Notes under the pieces: generated by a model
Told to the model about the DNA's origin: nothing
The model's database searches: none
The model's input: the letters and a program-made list of their open reading frames with translations, nothing else
Program-made: the position numbers and the translations under genes
Source of the DNA: an uncultured bacterium
GTDB taxonomy: Bacteria > Zixibacteria > MSB-5A5 > UBA10806
Direction of reading: 5' to 3'
Assembly: GCA_965555375.1 (NCBI GenBank)
Contig: CBEWDL010000003.1
Span: 1 to 39,024, forward strand
Length of the DNA: 39,024 nucleotides
Part shown: positions 17,750-26,582 of the stretch, in pieces
Position numbering within the stretch: position 1 is the stretch's first letter
Layout of the letters: every line of letters starts with the position of its first letter

Positions 17750-18290
17750 AGGTCTGGCTGCAATTGCGGCCACAGCTCTGGTTGTTTTCATAGGATACTC
17801 ATTGTTCAAGGTCTACTATGGGGTGCCCGGGCAAAAGCATAATAGAATCGGCGCTTCGGTGACTCTGGAGGAGAATATAGCTCTGAAAGCCACCATAGAC
17901 ACGCTTGAGACGATGTGGAACGACCGTCAAAATTACGTTTTTAGCGTAGCGCAGGATCCGTTGCATCTTGGCCGCGTGATAAAGAATTTTGAGTATGCTA
18001 GGGGCGGGAAGCTCGAGGCGGAGGAGGAAGATGTTATCAGACTTTCCGCCACCGTTATCGACGATAATCCGAAGGCCATCATCAAATACGGCGGTAAAAG
18101 TTATGTCGTGCAGGTGGGCGACACGATAGGCAAGAATTACAGGGTCTTGAAGATAGAAAAGATGCAGGTCATTCTTGATAACAGGGGCAAGAGAATGGCC
18201 CTGGTAAATAAACCGATATCGGGTTTCGAGAATTCTCTGGAGGGTTCTGCTTATTCCAACAACTCCGAGAACGACATCTACAATTATTAA
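17727..18290 (+). CDS. PilP/GspC-like protein
   Basis: Lies between pilO and pilQ; DP motif and AII..YVVQVGDTIG..VLKIE HR-like domain; TM anchor rather than lipobox. Confidence 0.6.
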   Translation: MNQESIFKGLAAIAATALVVFIGYSLFKVYYGVPGQKHNRIGASVTLEENIALKATIDTLETMWNDRQNYVFSVAQDPLHLGRVIKNFEYARGGKLEAEEEDVIRLSATVIDDNPKAIIKYGGKSYVVQVGDTIGKNYRVLKIEKMQVILDNRGKRMALVNKPISGFENSLEGSAYSNNSENDIYNY

Positions 18291-18324
18291 ACATGCTATG
18301 CAGGTGATTTTTAAGGAGGAGATT

Positions 18325-19851
18325 TTGACTAAGGCGTCTGTGCAGGGATTGATTCTGGTATTAATTGTGTGGTTTTTGTCAATATCGCCGGGAGCCGTCC
18401 GGGGACAACCGTCGCCCCAAAAGGGTACGTTACCTGAGGAATTGCAACGCGGGTTGGCCAAGACTGTGACCCTCGATGCGGATGATGCTTTCCTGCCGTC
18501 GATTCTTACTATCCTGGCCGAGAAATCGGGTTTCAACATTGTAACCGGTCCCGGGGTAAACACCAGAGAGCGAATCTCCGTTCATCTTAAGGACACGCCG
18601 ATAGAGGAAGCCATAAACCTGGTGGTCAGGGCCGCCGGTCTTTCTTATGAGATCGTCGGGAATTCTTTTCTGGTTGCTGAAGCCGCGGCTTTGGAGCAGG
18701 AGATAGGCATATCGGCGCATGTTATCGAGCTTCAATACGCCAATGCGGGCGAGGTGAAGGAATTGCTGCAGGATCTGACGGAGAGGGTCCAGATCGATAC
18801 CGCTGGCAACAGAATTTTGGTAATAGCCAGCCCGAAAGTTATTGCGGACGTTAAAAATATTATTCAGAGTATCGATAAGCCTGCAAGCCAGGTTTTGCTG
18901 GAAGCGAGGCTGATTGAAGTGGCCACCGACGATCTCGACAAGTTGGGGATCGATTGGGAGAAGCTCTCTCATTTCACGACAATACTTGCGGAATCGCCTC
19001 TGGTCAGGGAGGGATTCAGAGGCACGACGGATGGCTCGTCGCGTCCGCCGACTGAAACAGATTTCGGCGGCGAACTGCCGGATCTCGATCAGCTTCCAGA
19101 AAAATACAGCTTCGAGAAAATTGAAGGATTCGACAACGTGTTTCAATTTTCCCGTCAATTGAATGCCTTCGATATTACGCTGGATTTCCTTGTAAAGCGC
19201 AATAAGGCGAAGGTATTGGCTCATGCGCAGTTAACTACCATGAACAATCGCGAGGCGACTATCCTGATCGGCGAGACCATGATTTTCGCCGTTTCGTCGC
19301 GGGAAAATGCTATCGTAATAAGGGACTCCGTCGGTATTAAGCTGCATATTACCCCTACAATCAATACGGATGATTATATAACCGTGAAGGTCAATCCGGA
19401 GGTCTCCTCCATAATTGAGCTGGTCTTAGACCTGTATCCTCGTAAAAAGATCAGAACGGCATCCACCACTGTGCTCGTCAAAGACGGTCAGAAGATCTTT
19501 ATCGGCGGGCTTTTCTCGATAGATGATTCGGAAGTAGAATTCAAGATGCCGCTGTTCTCGAATCTGCCGTTGATAGGAAATCTTTTCAAGCATTCTTACT
19601 ACGCCACCAAGAAGACCGATCTTCTGATCGAGGTAACGCCGCGCATTATCAGACGAGATGTGAGTTATTCGGATGCGGCGAATTTAACCGGTAGTGGCCA
19701 TCGCATCCTCGATGATGGAGTTATCACGGATTTCAAGAGCCTCGAACCCGATATTGAAGAATTGGAGGAAGTCAAATCCGACGTTGACGATATCAAAAAG
19801 AGCCAGGAGGAGATGACAACGCCTCTGGAAAAAAGATTAGAGGAAAATTAG
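18325..19851 (+). CDS. pilQ: Secretin (PilQ/GspD family)
   Basis: IDKPASQVLLEARLIEV, TTMNNREATILIGE, VGIKLHITPTI, VKDGQKIFIGGL, PLIGNLFK, EVTPRII. TTG start at 18325 chosen from the AAGGAGG RBS; the ORF track starts at 18298. Confidence 0.92.
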   Translation: MTKASVQGLILVLIVWFLSISPGAVRGQPSPQKGTLPEELQRGLAKTVTLDADDAFLPSILTILAEKSGFNIVTGPGVNTRERISVHLKDTPIEEAINLVVRAAGLSYEIVGNSFLVAEAAALEQEIGISAHVIELQYANAGEVKELLQDLTERVQIDTAGNRILVIASPKVIADVKNIIQSIDKPASQVLLEARLIEVATDDLDKLGIDWEKLSHFTTILAESPLVREGFRGTTDGSSRPPTETDFGGELPDLDQLPEKYSFEKIEGFDNVFQFSRQLNAFDITLDFLVKRNKAKVLAHAQLTTMNNREATILIGETMIFAVSSRENAIVIRDSVGIKLHITPTINTDDYITVKVNPEVSSIIELVLDLYPRKKIRTASTTVLVKDGQKIFIGGLFSIDDSEVEFKMPLFSNLPLIGNLFKHSYYATKKTDLLIEVTPRIIRRDVSYSDAANLTGSGHRILDDGVITDFKSLEPDIEELEEVKSDVDDIKKSQEEMTTPLEKRLEEN

Positions 19852-19900
19852 AGGAAAAGGGATATTGGAGTCTTGAAAACTCTATGATCAGGAGGATCCC

Positions 19901-22702
19901 ATGTTATTAAAAGGAAAGGCCAGGCTGGTGATTGCCGGGATTTTAACCCTGGCCGTGATAATTGCAGTGGCAGTGATATCATGTGATAGGAGACACGGAA
20001 TAGATCCCATAGCCCTGCAGGCGGGTGATGTGGATGATATTCTTATAGCCTTAAACCCGCCGCAGATATTCTTGCCATCGCCGGAATCAGTTGATACCGT
20101 GAGCGTGGACATTGCCGTTATAAATTCCGAGGGTGTTGGAATATCAGGAGTAAATGTCAGTGTTACTCGGACACCTGCGATCGGATACCTGACTCAACCG
20201 GACACAACTAACGTTCAGGGTTATACGAGTGCAACGTTTGTCGCAGAGCCAGGGGTTTATGGAATTACTACTATCAAGGTAACCGCCGGCTCGAAGTCCT
20301 CAACCAGAGATCTATATATTTCCGGGCCGTCCGAATACTCCATGAGCCTGAATTTCTCGCCGCCGGTGCCGAAACTCATCGACCATGAGGGCGATCCTTA
20401 CGATGTCACCGTCACCCTGGTTGACACTACACAGAGAGGCGTGGCCGGACAGCAAGTTTCATTCTCCATATTGAATCGTGTGGGAAGGATTTCTTTTGAG
20501 GATACCACTATCACCATACCGCGTACTAACAGCCAGGGGATCGTGACGGCGTTATTTTACAATACGCAGGACGACGAGATAAACAATCCCGATTCTGCGC
20601 TCATTCAAGCAGTAACAAGCTCGCCCTCGGCTCCCTCGAATCCAATTGTAGCGAGCGTTTCCATCCACCTGCGCCCGGTGCAGAATTCCATGGGCGTGGA
20701 GGCTGTTCCTCCGACTGTCTATGGCGACGGCGCTGATTCGACAATTATCCGGGCGTTCCTGCTCAACACCGATGGTCATGGCATTGTCGGTGATACCGTT
20801 GTCTTCACCAATCTGGGGAGGGATGGCCAGCTTCTGCCCAAAGTGGTTACTGATGGTAGCGGGGTTGCCGAAAGCGTGTTCAAACCATATGCAAACCATC
20901 TGGGGGTGACGGAAATAGTCGCCACTTACAGAGTAGACACCATTCATGAGGCCAGTGATGCGGTGGAAGTGGATATTCTGCCGGTTCGGGCAATCGCCAT
21001 TGTGACGGTATCACTACAGAAGCAAAACGTTATCGCTAATGGTGAAGATTCATCCGCTATATTTATCACGGTTCAAGACTCATCCGGCGGTTTGATAGCG
21101 GATGGCACTTCGGTCTTTCTTGAGAATACGGGCACCGGGTCGCTCTCGTCCATCCAGGTTCAGACCACTAATGGTCAGGCAAAGACTGCCATCAAGGCGC
21201 CTACCAATATCGAAAGTGGCCCGAGGGTCGATTCGATCTTCGTCTGGGGGAATTCCAGCGATACGACAATCGTCGCGGATACCGCCGTCGTGACTTATGT
21301 TCCCGACGTCGTTTTCGAATTGCAGATTATCAGGCCTGATTCGATGGTAATTTTAGTAGCCGGGTCGGGCATGTCCGATACCGTGCAGGTTTCCGCTTTG
21401 GATGCCAACGGCAATCCGGTGGCCAACGGGACTCAGATCAGTTTCGTAAACGAGATTCCCTCTTCAACCATCAATCCCGAAGCGGCCCAGACTATGGACG
21501 GTATCGCCACGGCCGTTTATCTCGTAGGCACCGAAACGGGGGATGACAACGTTCGCGCCTTCGTGCCCGACCCCGATGAACCAACTGATACCATCTGGAC
21601 GGTGCAACCGGCAGTCTTCCGCTGCATATCGTCCGAAGCTACAACCCTGGTGCTGTCAGCGAGCCAGGGTAGCATTGAAGTGGGCGGAGCGTCATGCCAG
21701 ATAATAGCGACCCTCCAGGATGCTTACGGCAATCCTCTCTCGGAAGGGTACTTCGTTGCCTTCGAAATAAAATCGGCCAATGGCTCGCGGGATGTGCCGA
21801 ATGAGTGGCCATCTTTCGATACCGAGTGGGGCGTTTATTACGACACGGTAGAGACCAGTATAAACGGCGATGCGGTCGTACAGATTTATTCCGGGACGAA
21901 GGCGGGGCCGGTTTCGATTGAGGCCTGCACCATACCGCTACCGCCGGATTCTCTATTCGTTTGCGATGAGAAATCGTTGATTACGATCTCATCCGGTCCT
22001 CCATTTCATGTTGAAGCGTCCCCCGCTCCTGTCGGAGAGGCCACTAATCCTGCTTATCCGGAGAGATTCGTGCAGGTGGGCGCCGGAGTATGGGATATAT
22101 ATGCTAATCCGGTTGAATATGGAACGGCAGTCTATTTCTCCTTGATTCCCAACGACATAGCGGAGGTCGAAGGTAACTCATATACAGGTGGAGCCAGGCC
22201 CTATCACCCGGATTCGGTCGACGGGTGGGCATTCTCGCGTATTATTTACGGGTGCTACGGGACCTTTGACACCCTGCAATTAGTGGCAATGTCCGCCGGC
22301 GAAAATGGCCCTGTGGCCGACACGTCCACCCCGTTCCCACTGCCGGCTTATAATCCTAATATCTTCCTCGGAGCGAATCCAGGAAACCTTCGGTGCGACG
22401 GCCCGACCGATTTGGACACTGCTTCATCTGATATTAGGGCTCTGCTGCAGGATGGTGGTGGCTGCGCCGTGCAGTACGGTATAATAAATTTTTCGGCCTT
22501 GGTGGCGGGTTCTATAATTGGACCGACAGAGGTAATTACCGATGAAAATGGGATTGCTGAAACCATATATCAGATTATGGGAAGCGAGATACCGACGCCG
22601 CCGGATGGCATTCCGCGAATCGAAACCGCCGTTAGAGCTATTCTATTTGGATATCCTGACGTCGTGGCGGAGGTCGATCTCGTCTGCACACGCCCGCAGT
22701 AA
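19901..22702 (+). CDS. Lipoprotein with tandem bacterial Ig-like (Big_1, invasin/intimin-type) domains
   Basis: Lipobox AVISC; repeated DxxGxxVxxGTxVxF and TxxxGxA motifs; Thr/Ser/Val/Asp-rich; no beta-barrel. Confidence 0.75.
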   Translation: MLLKGKARLVIAGILTLAVIIAVAVISCDRRHGIDPIALQAGDVDDILIALNPPQIFLPSPESVDTVSVDIAVINSEGVGISGVNVSVTRTPAIGYLTQPDTTNVQGYTSATFVAEPGVYGITTIKVTAGSKSSTRDLYISGPSEYSMSLNFSPPVPKLIDHEGDPYDVTVTLVDTTQRGVAGQQVSFSILNRVGRISFEDTTITIPRTNSQGIVTALFYNTQDDEINNPDSALIQAVTSSPSAPSNPIVASVSIHLRPVQNSMGVEAVPPTVYGDGADSTIIRAFLLNTDGHGIVGDTVVFTNLGRDGQLLPKVVTDGSGVAESVFKPYANHLGVTEIVATYRVDTIHEASDAVEVDILPVRAIAIVTVSLQKQNVIANGEDSSAIFITVQDSSGGLIADGTSVFLENTGTGSLSSIQVQTTNGQAKTAIKAPTNIESGPRVDSIFVWGNSSDTTIVADTAVVTYVPDVVFELQIIRPDSMVILVAGSGMSDTVQVSALDANGNPVANGTQISFVNEIPSSTINPEAAQTMDGIATAVYLVGTETGDDNVRAFVPDPDEPTDTIWTVQPAVFRCISSEATTLVLSASQGSIEVGGASCQIIATLQDAYGNPLSEGYFVAFEIKSANGSRDVPNEWPSFDTEWGVYYDTVETSINGDAVVQIYSGTKAGPVSIEACTIPLPPDSLFVCDEKSLITISSGPPFHVEASPAPVGEATNPAYPERFVQVGAGVWDIYANPVEYGTAVYFSLIPNDIAEVEGNSYTGGARPYHPDSVDGWAFSRIIYGCYGTFDTLQLVAMSAGENGPVADTSTPFPLPAYNPNIFLGANPGNLRCDGPTDLDTASSDIRALLQDGGGCAVQYGIINFSALVAGSIIGPTEVITDENGIAETIYQIMGSEIPTPPDGIPRIETAVRAILFGYPDVVAEVDLVCTRPQ

Positions 22703-22723
22703 TATGTCTATTGGGGAGGTTTG

Positions 22724-24427
22724 ATGGAGAAGCTGGGAGAGGTACTACTAAAAGAAAATCTGATAACCGAAGATAAGCTCAGGTTAGGCTTAGAGAAGCA
22801 ACGCGAAAATGGCAAAAGGCTTGGCGAGACGCTGCTCTCCGAGGGCTTGATCGGCGATGAAGATCTGGCCAGGGGGCTCTCCAGGCAGCTTCAAATCCGT
22901 TTCGTAACGGCCGAAGACCTGCTCAAAATCGACAAGGAGGCGCTGGAGTTTATCCCCGAGTTTTTCGCCAGGGAATACCATTGTCTGGCGTTCGCCCGCG
23001 AAGACGACCAGCTTCATGTTGTATTGGTTGACCCCGAGGATATTGTCATTATAGACAATCTCCAGAAGATAACCTCCATGCAGATTATAGTATGCATCGG
23101 GGCGCTGGGAGTAATAGGTGAAGCGATCGAGAGGCATTATAAGGAGCTCAGGGCGACCGGCGAGGTATCGGAGGCGCTTTCGGGAATGGATTTTATCGTC
23201 TCCACCGACGGCCAGGATCTTGACGATATAGACGTCAACCAGTTGAAAAAGGAGCTGGACGAGGCTCCCATTGTTAAACTCGTCAACCTGATTATCTCCG
23301 AGGCCATAAAGAGCAGGGCTACGGATATTCATGTCGAGCCTCTTTTCGATTCCCTGCTGATACGTTACCGGGTTGACGGCGCTCTGCAGGAGATAATGAC
23401 AGCGCCTCTTAAATCGGCTATGGGGATTATCTCGAGAATCAAAATCATGGCCAATCTCAACATTGCTGAGCGCCGCCTGCCCCAGGACGGCCGCATTTCG
23501 ATCAAGACTCCGGATAAAGAAGTCGACGTTCGCGTCTCTGTGCTCCCCACGGTAAGAGGCGAAAAGGTGGTCTTAAGGCTTCTGGACAAGAAGGGCTTCG
23601 ATTTCACAATGACCAACCTCGGTTTCGATAACGATATGCTCCTGATCTTCAGGAAATGGATCAGAATGCCTTATGGAATGATTATCGTCTCCGGTCCCAC
23701 GGGGTGCGGGAAGTCCACGACCCTGCATGCGGCGCTGAAAGAGATTCAGAATGAAGAGGATAATATCGTTACGGTGGAAGATCCTGTAGAATACCAGATC
23801 GACAAGATCAGCCAGGTGGCAACCAATGATTCTATCGGGCTGACGTTTGCCTCGACACTCAGAACGGTTCTGAGGCAAGATCCCGATAAGGTTCTGATCG
23901 GCGAGATCCGCGACAAGGAGACAGCCGATATTGCCATTAAGTTCTCTCTGACGGGACACCTCGTTTTCACCACGCTCCACGCCAACGACGCAACGTCGAC
24001 GATTACGAGGCTTCTTGATATAGGTGTGCCGAGATATCTCGTCGGTTCGGTCACCAATCTGGTGATGGCCCAGAGACTGGTGAGGACCATTTGCGCCGGT
24101 TGCAAGGAGGAATATAGCCCCACCGAGGAAGAGCTTCTCTTGTTGCGGATGAATCCTGATGAGCACCAAAACACGGTCTTTTACCAGGGTAAAGGATGCG
24201 TTCGGTGCCGCAACACCGGGTTTTTCGGGCGCACCGCCCTGTTTGAATTGCTGGAGATGAAATTGCCGGTTAGAAAGGTTGTCTTCGGGGGCGGCAATGA
24301 AGATGACGTGAGAATAGAAGCGATAAATAACGGCCTTGTTAATTTGAGGGAAGCTGGAATCCGTAAAGTTCTGGCTGGTACCGTTACGGCAGCAGAAGTA
24401 CTTAAGAAAACCATCGATGAAGATTAG
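22724..24427 (+). CDS. pilB: Pilus assembly ATPase PilB/GspE with MshEN domain
   Basis: RATDIHVEP, ERRLPQDGRI, GPTGCGKSTT, LRQDPD, CAGC/CVRC zinc motif. Confidence 0.93.
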   Translation: MEKLGEVLLKENLITEDKLRLGLEKQRENGKRLGETLLSEGLIGDEDLARGLSRQLQIRFVTAEDLLKIDKEALEFIPEFFAREYHCLAFAREDDQLHVVLVDPEDIVIIDNLQKITSMQIIVCIGALGVIGEAIERHYKELRATGEVSEALSGMDFIVSTDGQDLDDIDVNQLKKELDEAPIVKLVNLIISEAIKSRATDIHVEPLFDSLLIRYRVDGALQEIMTAPLKSAMGIISRIKIMANLNIAERRLPQDGRISIKTPDKEVDVRVSVLPTVRGEKVVLRLLDKKGFDFTMTNLGFDNDMLLIFRKWIRMPYGMIIVSGPTGCGKSTTLHAALKEIQNEEDNIVTVEDPVEYQIDKISQVATNDSIGLTFASTLRTVLRQDPDKVLIGEIRDKETADIAIKFSLTGHLVFTTLHANDATSTITRLLDIGVPRYLVGSVTNLVMAQRLVRTICAGCKEEYSPTEEELLLLRMNPDEHQNTVFYQGKGCVRCRNTGFFGRTALFELLEMKLPVRKVVFGGGNEDDVRIEAINNGLVNLREAGIRKVLAGTVTAAEVLKKTIDED

Positions 24428-24509
24428 ATCCGCATGGTTCTTCCAAAGGGCCCCGAGGGAATTCTCATAGACCTCTGCCATTGAGCGCGATTGGACGAGA
24501 GGAAGGTAT

Positions 24510-25763
24510 ATGGCGAGCTTTTCATACATAGTGAAAGACAATAAAGGTAACAAGCACGACGGGACCATAACGGCCAGTTCTCTCGATGAGGCTCTGAACA
24601 AGCTCCGGGAATCCGGGCAAACGGTCATCTCGGTGGTTGACTCCAGGAAAGCGGAGGTTGGCAAAAAAAGTGGCTTGATCGACGAAATCTCTCTATATAT
24701 CCATAAGAAGAAAACAGCCGTGCCGCTTAGAACCCAGGTGTTTTTCACCAGGCAGTTGGCCACGATGATCTCGGCGGGTTTGACCATAGAAAAGTCATTA
24801 AACAACCTATTATACGAAGAAACCCAGAAGAAATTTAAAAAGGTTGTAGCCCAGCTTTTGAATGATGTTAAGAAGGGTTTCGCCTTATCGGAAGCTCTTG
24901 ATAGGCATCCCGGAATCTTTTCGCCACTTTATGTAGCTCTGGTCAGGTCGGGTGAAGTTTCGGGTGCGCTTCATACCGTTCTGGAAGAGCTTGCCGATTA
25001 TCTGGAGTTCATTCAGGACACAAAGCGAAAGATAGTATCCGCTCTGGTCTATCCATCGTTGGTGGTGGCGATGCTTGCGATTGTGACTACAATTCTCATG
25101 GTATATGTTGTCCCACAATTTGAAAGCGTTTATTCAAGATTCGGGGCCAATCTTCCTGTTCCCACCCAGATCCTGATACAGGTGTCGGATGTAATCGGCG
25201 CTAATTTCTTTGCCACCCTTATCGGATTGATGGTGCTGGCGGTTATTATCAAAATCGCAAGTCTAACGTTCACAGGCAGGAAAGTGATTGATAGGGTCAA
25301 GCTGAGCCTTCCGCTTTTTAGACAGATCCTTACTAATTCGCTGATGAGCAAGTTCAGCCGCACTTTTGGAATGCTGCTGACTGCGGGCGTCCCGGTGGTC
25401 GATTCCTTGAACCTCGTTTACCGAGTCATGGATAATGTCCATTATAAAGCTGCTGTCAGACAGGCGACGGGGCTGATCAGGGACGGTTTCTCGATATCGG
25501 CATCATTGAAAAAGACCAATGCCTTTCCCAACACTCTTCTTTCCCTGGCGGCTACGGGAGAGGAGACAGGGGATATGGATAGAATGCTCGGTAAAGCGGC
25601 AACGTTCTATGACAAGCAGCTCGAGGCGGTGATAATGAGGATGACATCCCTTATAGAGCCGATCCTCATCGTGCTTATTGGCATCGTAATTGGCACAATC
25701 ATCATAGTCATCTATTTGCCGTTCTTTAAGATGGGATTTGCATTCAGAAGGGGTCTGACTTAG
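24510..25763 (+). CDS. pilC: Platform protein PilC/GspF
   Basis: FTRQLATMISAG, SGEVSG, ALVYP, GEETG, LIEP, IYLPFF. Confidence 0.93.
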   Translation: MASFSYIVKDNKGNKHDGTITASSLDEALNKLRESGQTVISVVDSRKAEVGKKSGLIDEISLYIHKKKTAVPLRTQVFFTRQLATMISAGLTIEKSLNNLLYEETQKKFKKVVAQLLNDVKKGFALSEALDRHPGIFSPLYVALVRSGEVSGALHTVLEELADYLEFIQDTKRKIVSALVYPSLVVAMLAIVTTILMVYVVPQFESVYSRFGANLPVPTQILIQVSDVIGANFFATLIGLMVLAVIIKIASLTFTGRKVIDRVKLSLPLFRQILTNSLMSKFSRTFGMLLTAGVPVVDSLNLVYRVMDNVHYKAAVRQATGLIRDGFSISASLKKTNAFPNTLLSLAATGEETGDMDRMLGKAATFYDKQLEAVIMRMTSLIEPILIVLIGIVIGTIIIVIYLPFFKMGFAFRRGLT

Positions 25764-25782
25764 GGAGATATCATTTTTTATG

Positions 25783-25819
25783 GCCACCGTTTCAGACCAT
25801 AGGAACGGTGGTTTTTTTT
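25783..25819 (+). terminator. Rho-independent terminator ending the pil cluster
   Basis: GCCACCGTT...AACGGTGGT followed by a T-run. Confidence 0.8.
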
Positions 25820-25832
25820 AGAGGGAATTAGG

Positions 25833-26567
25833 ATGCGGTTAGATCATGAGCGAGCTCCGGGTCTTTTGGAGGACAAAAAATACGGGGTGATGAAACGGAT
25901 ATTCGTCAGGGAGGGACTTTCGGGATATTTAAGGCTGGTATCTTCCATCGCCTCGCTGCAAGCCTGTGGTGACTGGCGAAATCTCGTGGCGATACTGGAT
26001 CTGGCTATCGCTGATAGCGATGATCTAAAAATCGCCTATGAGCTTCTGTTGCAGGGTTATCTCTTTTGCGGATACCCTAAGGCCGTAGAGTCCTTTTTCT
26101 GCCTGGAGCGAGCCTTGAAAGGGAAATGCGGCCTCGATTTGAGTGGCATTTCCCCCCGGATCCTGGAATCATCGTCGGTTCTGCTGGAACGCGGAGTCTC
26201 CACCGGAAGGGAAGTGCACGGAGATAAATTCGAGAGAATCAACAACAAAATTACTGCACTCTGTCCCGATTTGGGCTATTTAATGATAGTTGAGGGTTAC
26301 GGGCATGTCCTATCCCGGAGAGGATTGGACATCAAGCCCCGCGAACTGGCGGTTGTTTCATCGCTGACGGCATCCGGGGCCCAACGCCAGCTCAACTCTC
26401 ATATCAGAGGGTGCAGAAACGTTGGATGCGAGGATTCTGAGATCTACGAGACAATATTTACCTGTTTATTGTGGATCTCCCCGGAACGGGTTCTTGAATC
26501 GCTCGAACTCTGGTCCGAGATCACCGACGAAGAGCTTTCCGAATCCATCGACGATTATATATATTAG
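25833..26567 (+). CDS. Carboxymuconolactone decarboxylase/AhpD-like protein
   Basis: LQGYLFCGYP, EGYGHVLSRRGLDIKPRELAVV, QLNSHIRG. Confidence 0.75.
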   Translation: MRLDHERAPGLLEDKKYGVMKRIFVREGLSGYLRLVSSIASLQACGDWRNLVAILDLAIADSDDLKIAYELLLQGYLFCGYPKAVESFFCLERALKGKCGLDLSGISPRILESSSVLLERGVSTGREVHGDKFERINNKITALCPDLGYLMIVEGYGHVLSRRGLDIKPRELAVVSSLTASGAQRQLNSHIRGCRNVGCEDSEIYETIFTCLLWISPERVLESLELWSEITDEELSESIDDYIY

Positions 26568-26582
26568 GGCGTATAAACTCTT

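Noticed and set aside
14169-19224. Long minus-strand ORFs (14169-14921, 17799-18563, 18430-19224)
   Set aside because: Antisense shadows of pil genes.
23573-24805. 410-aa minus-strand ORF
   Set aside because: Antisense to pilB/pilC; no recognisable domain; explained by codon bias of the sense genes.
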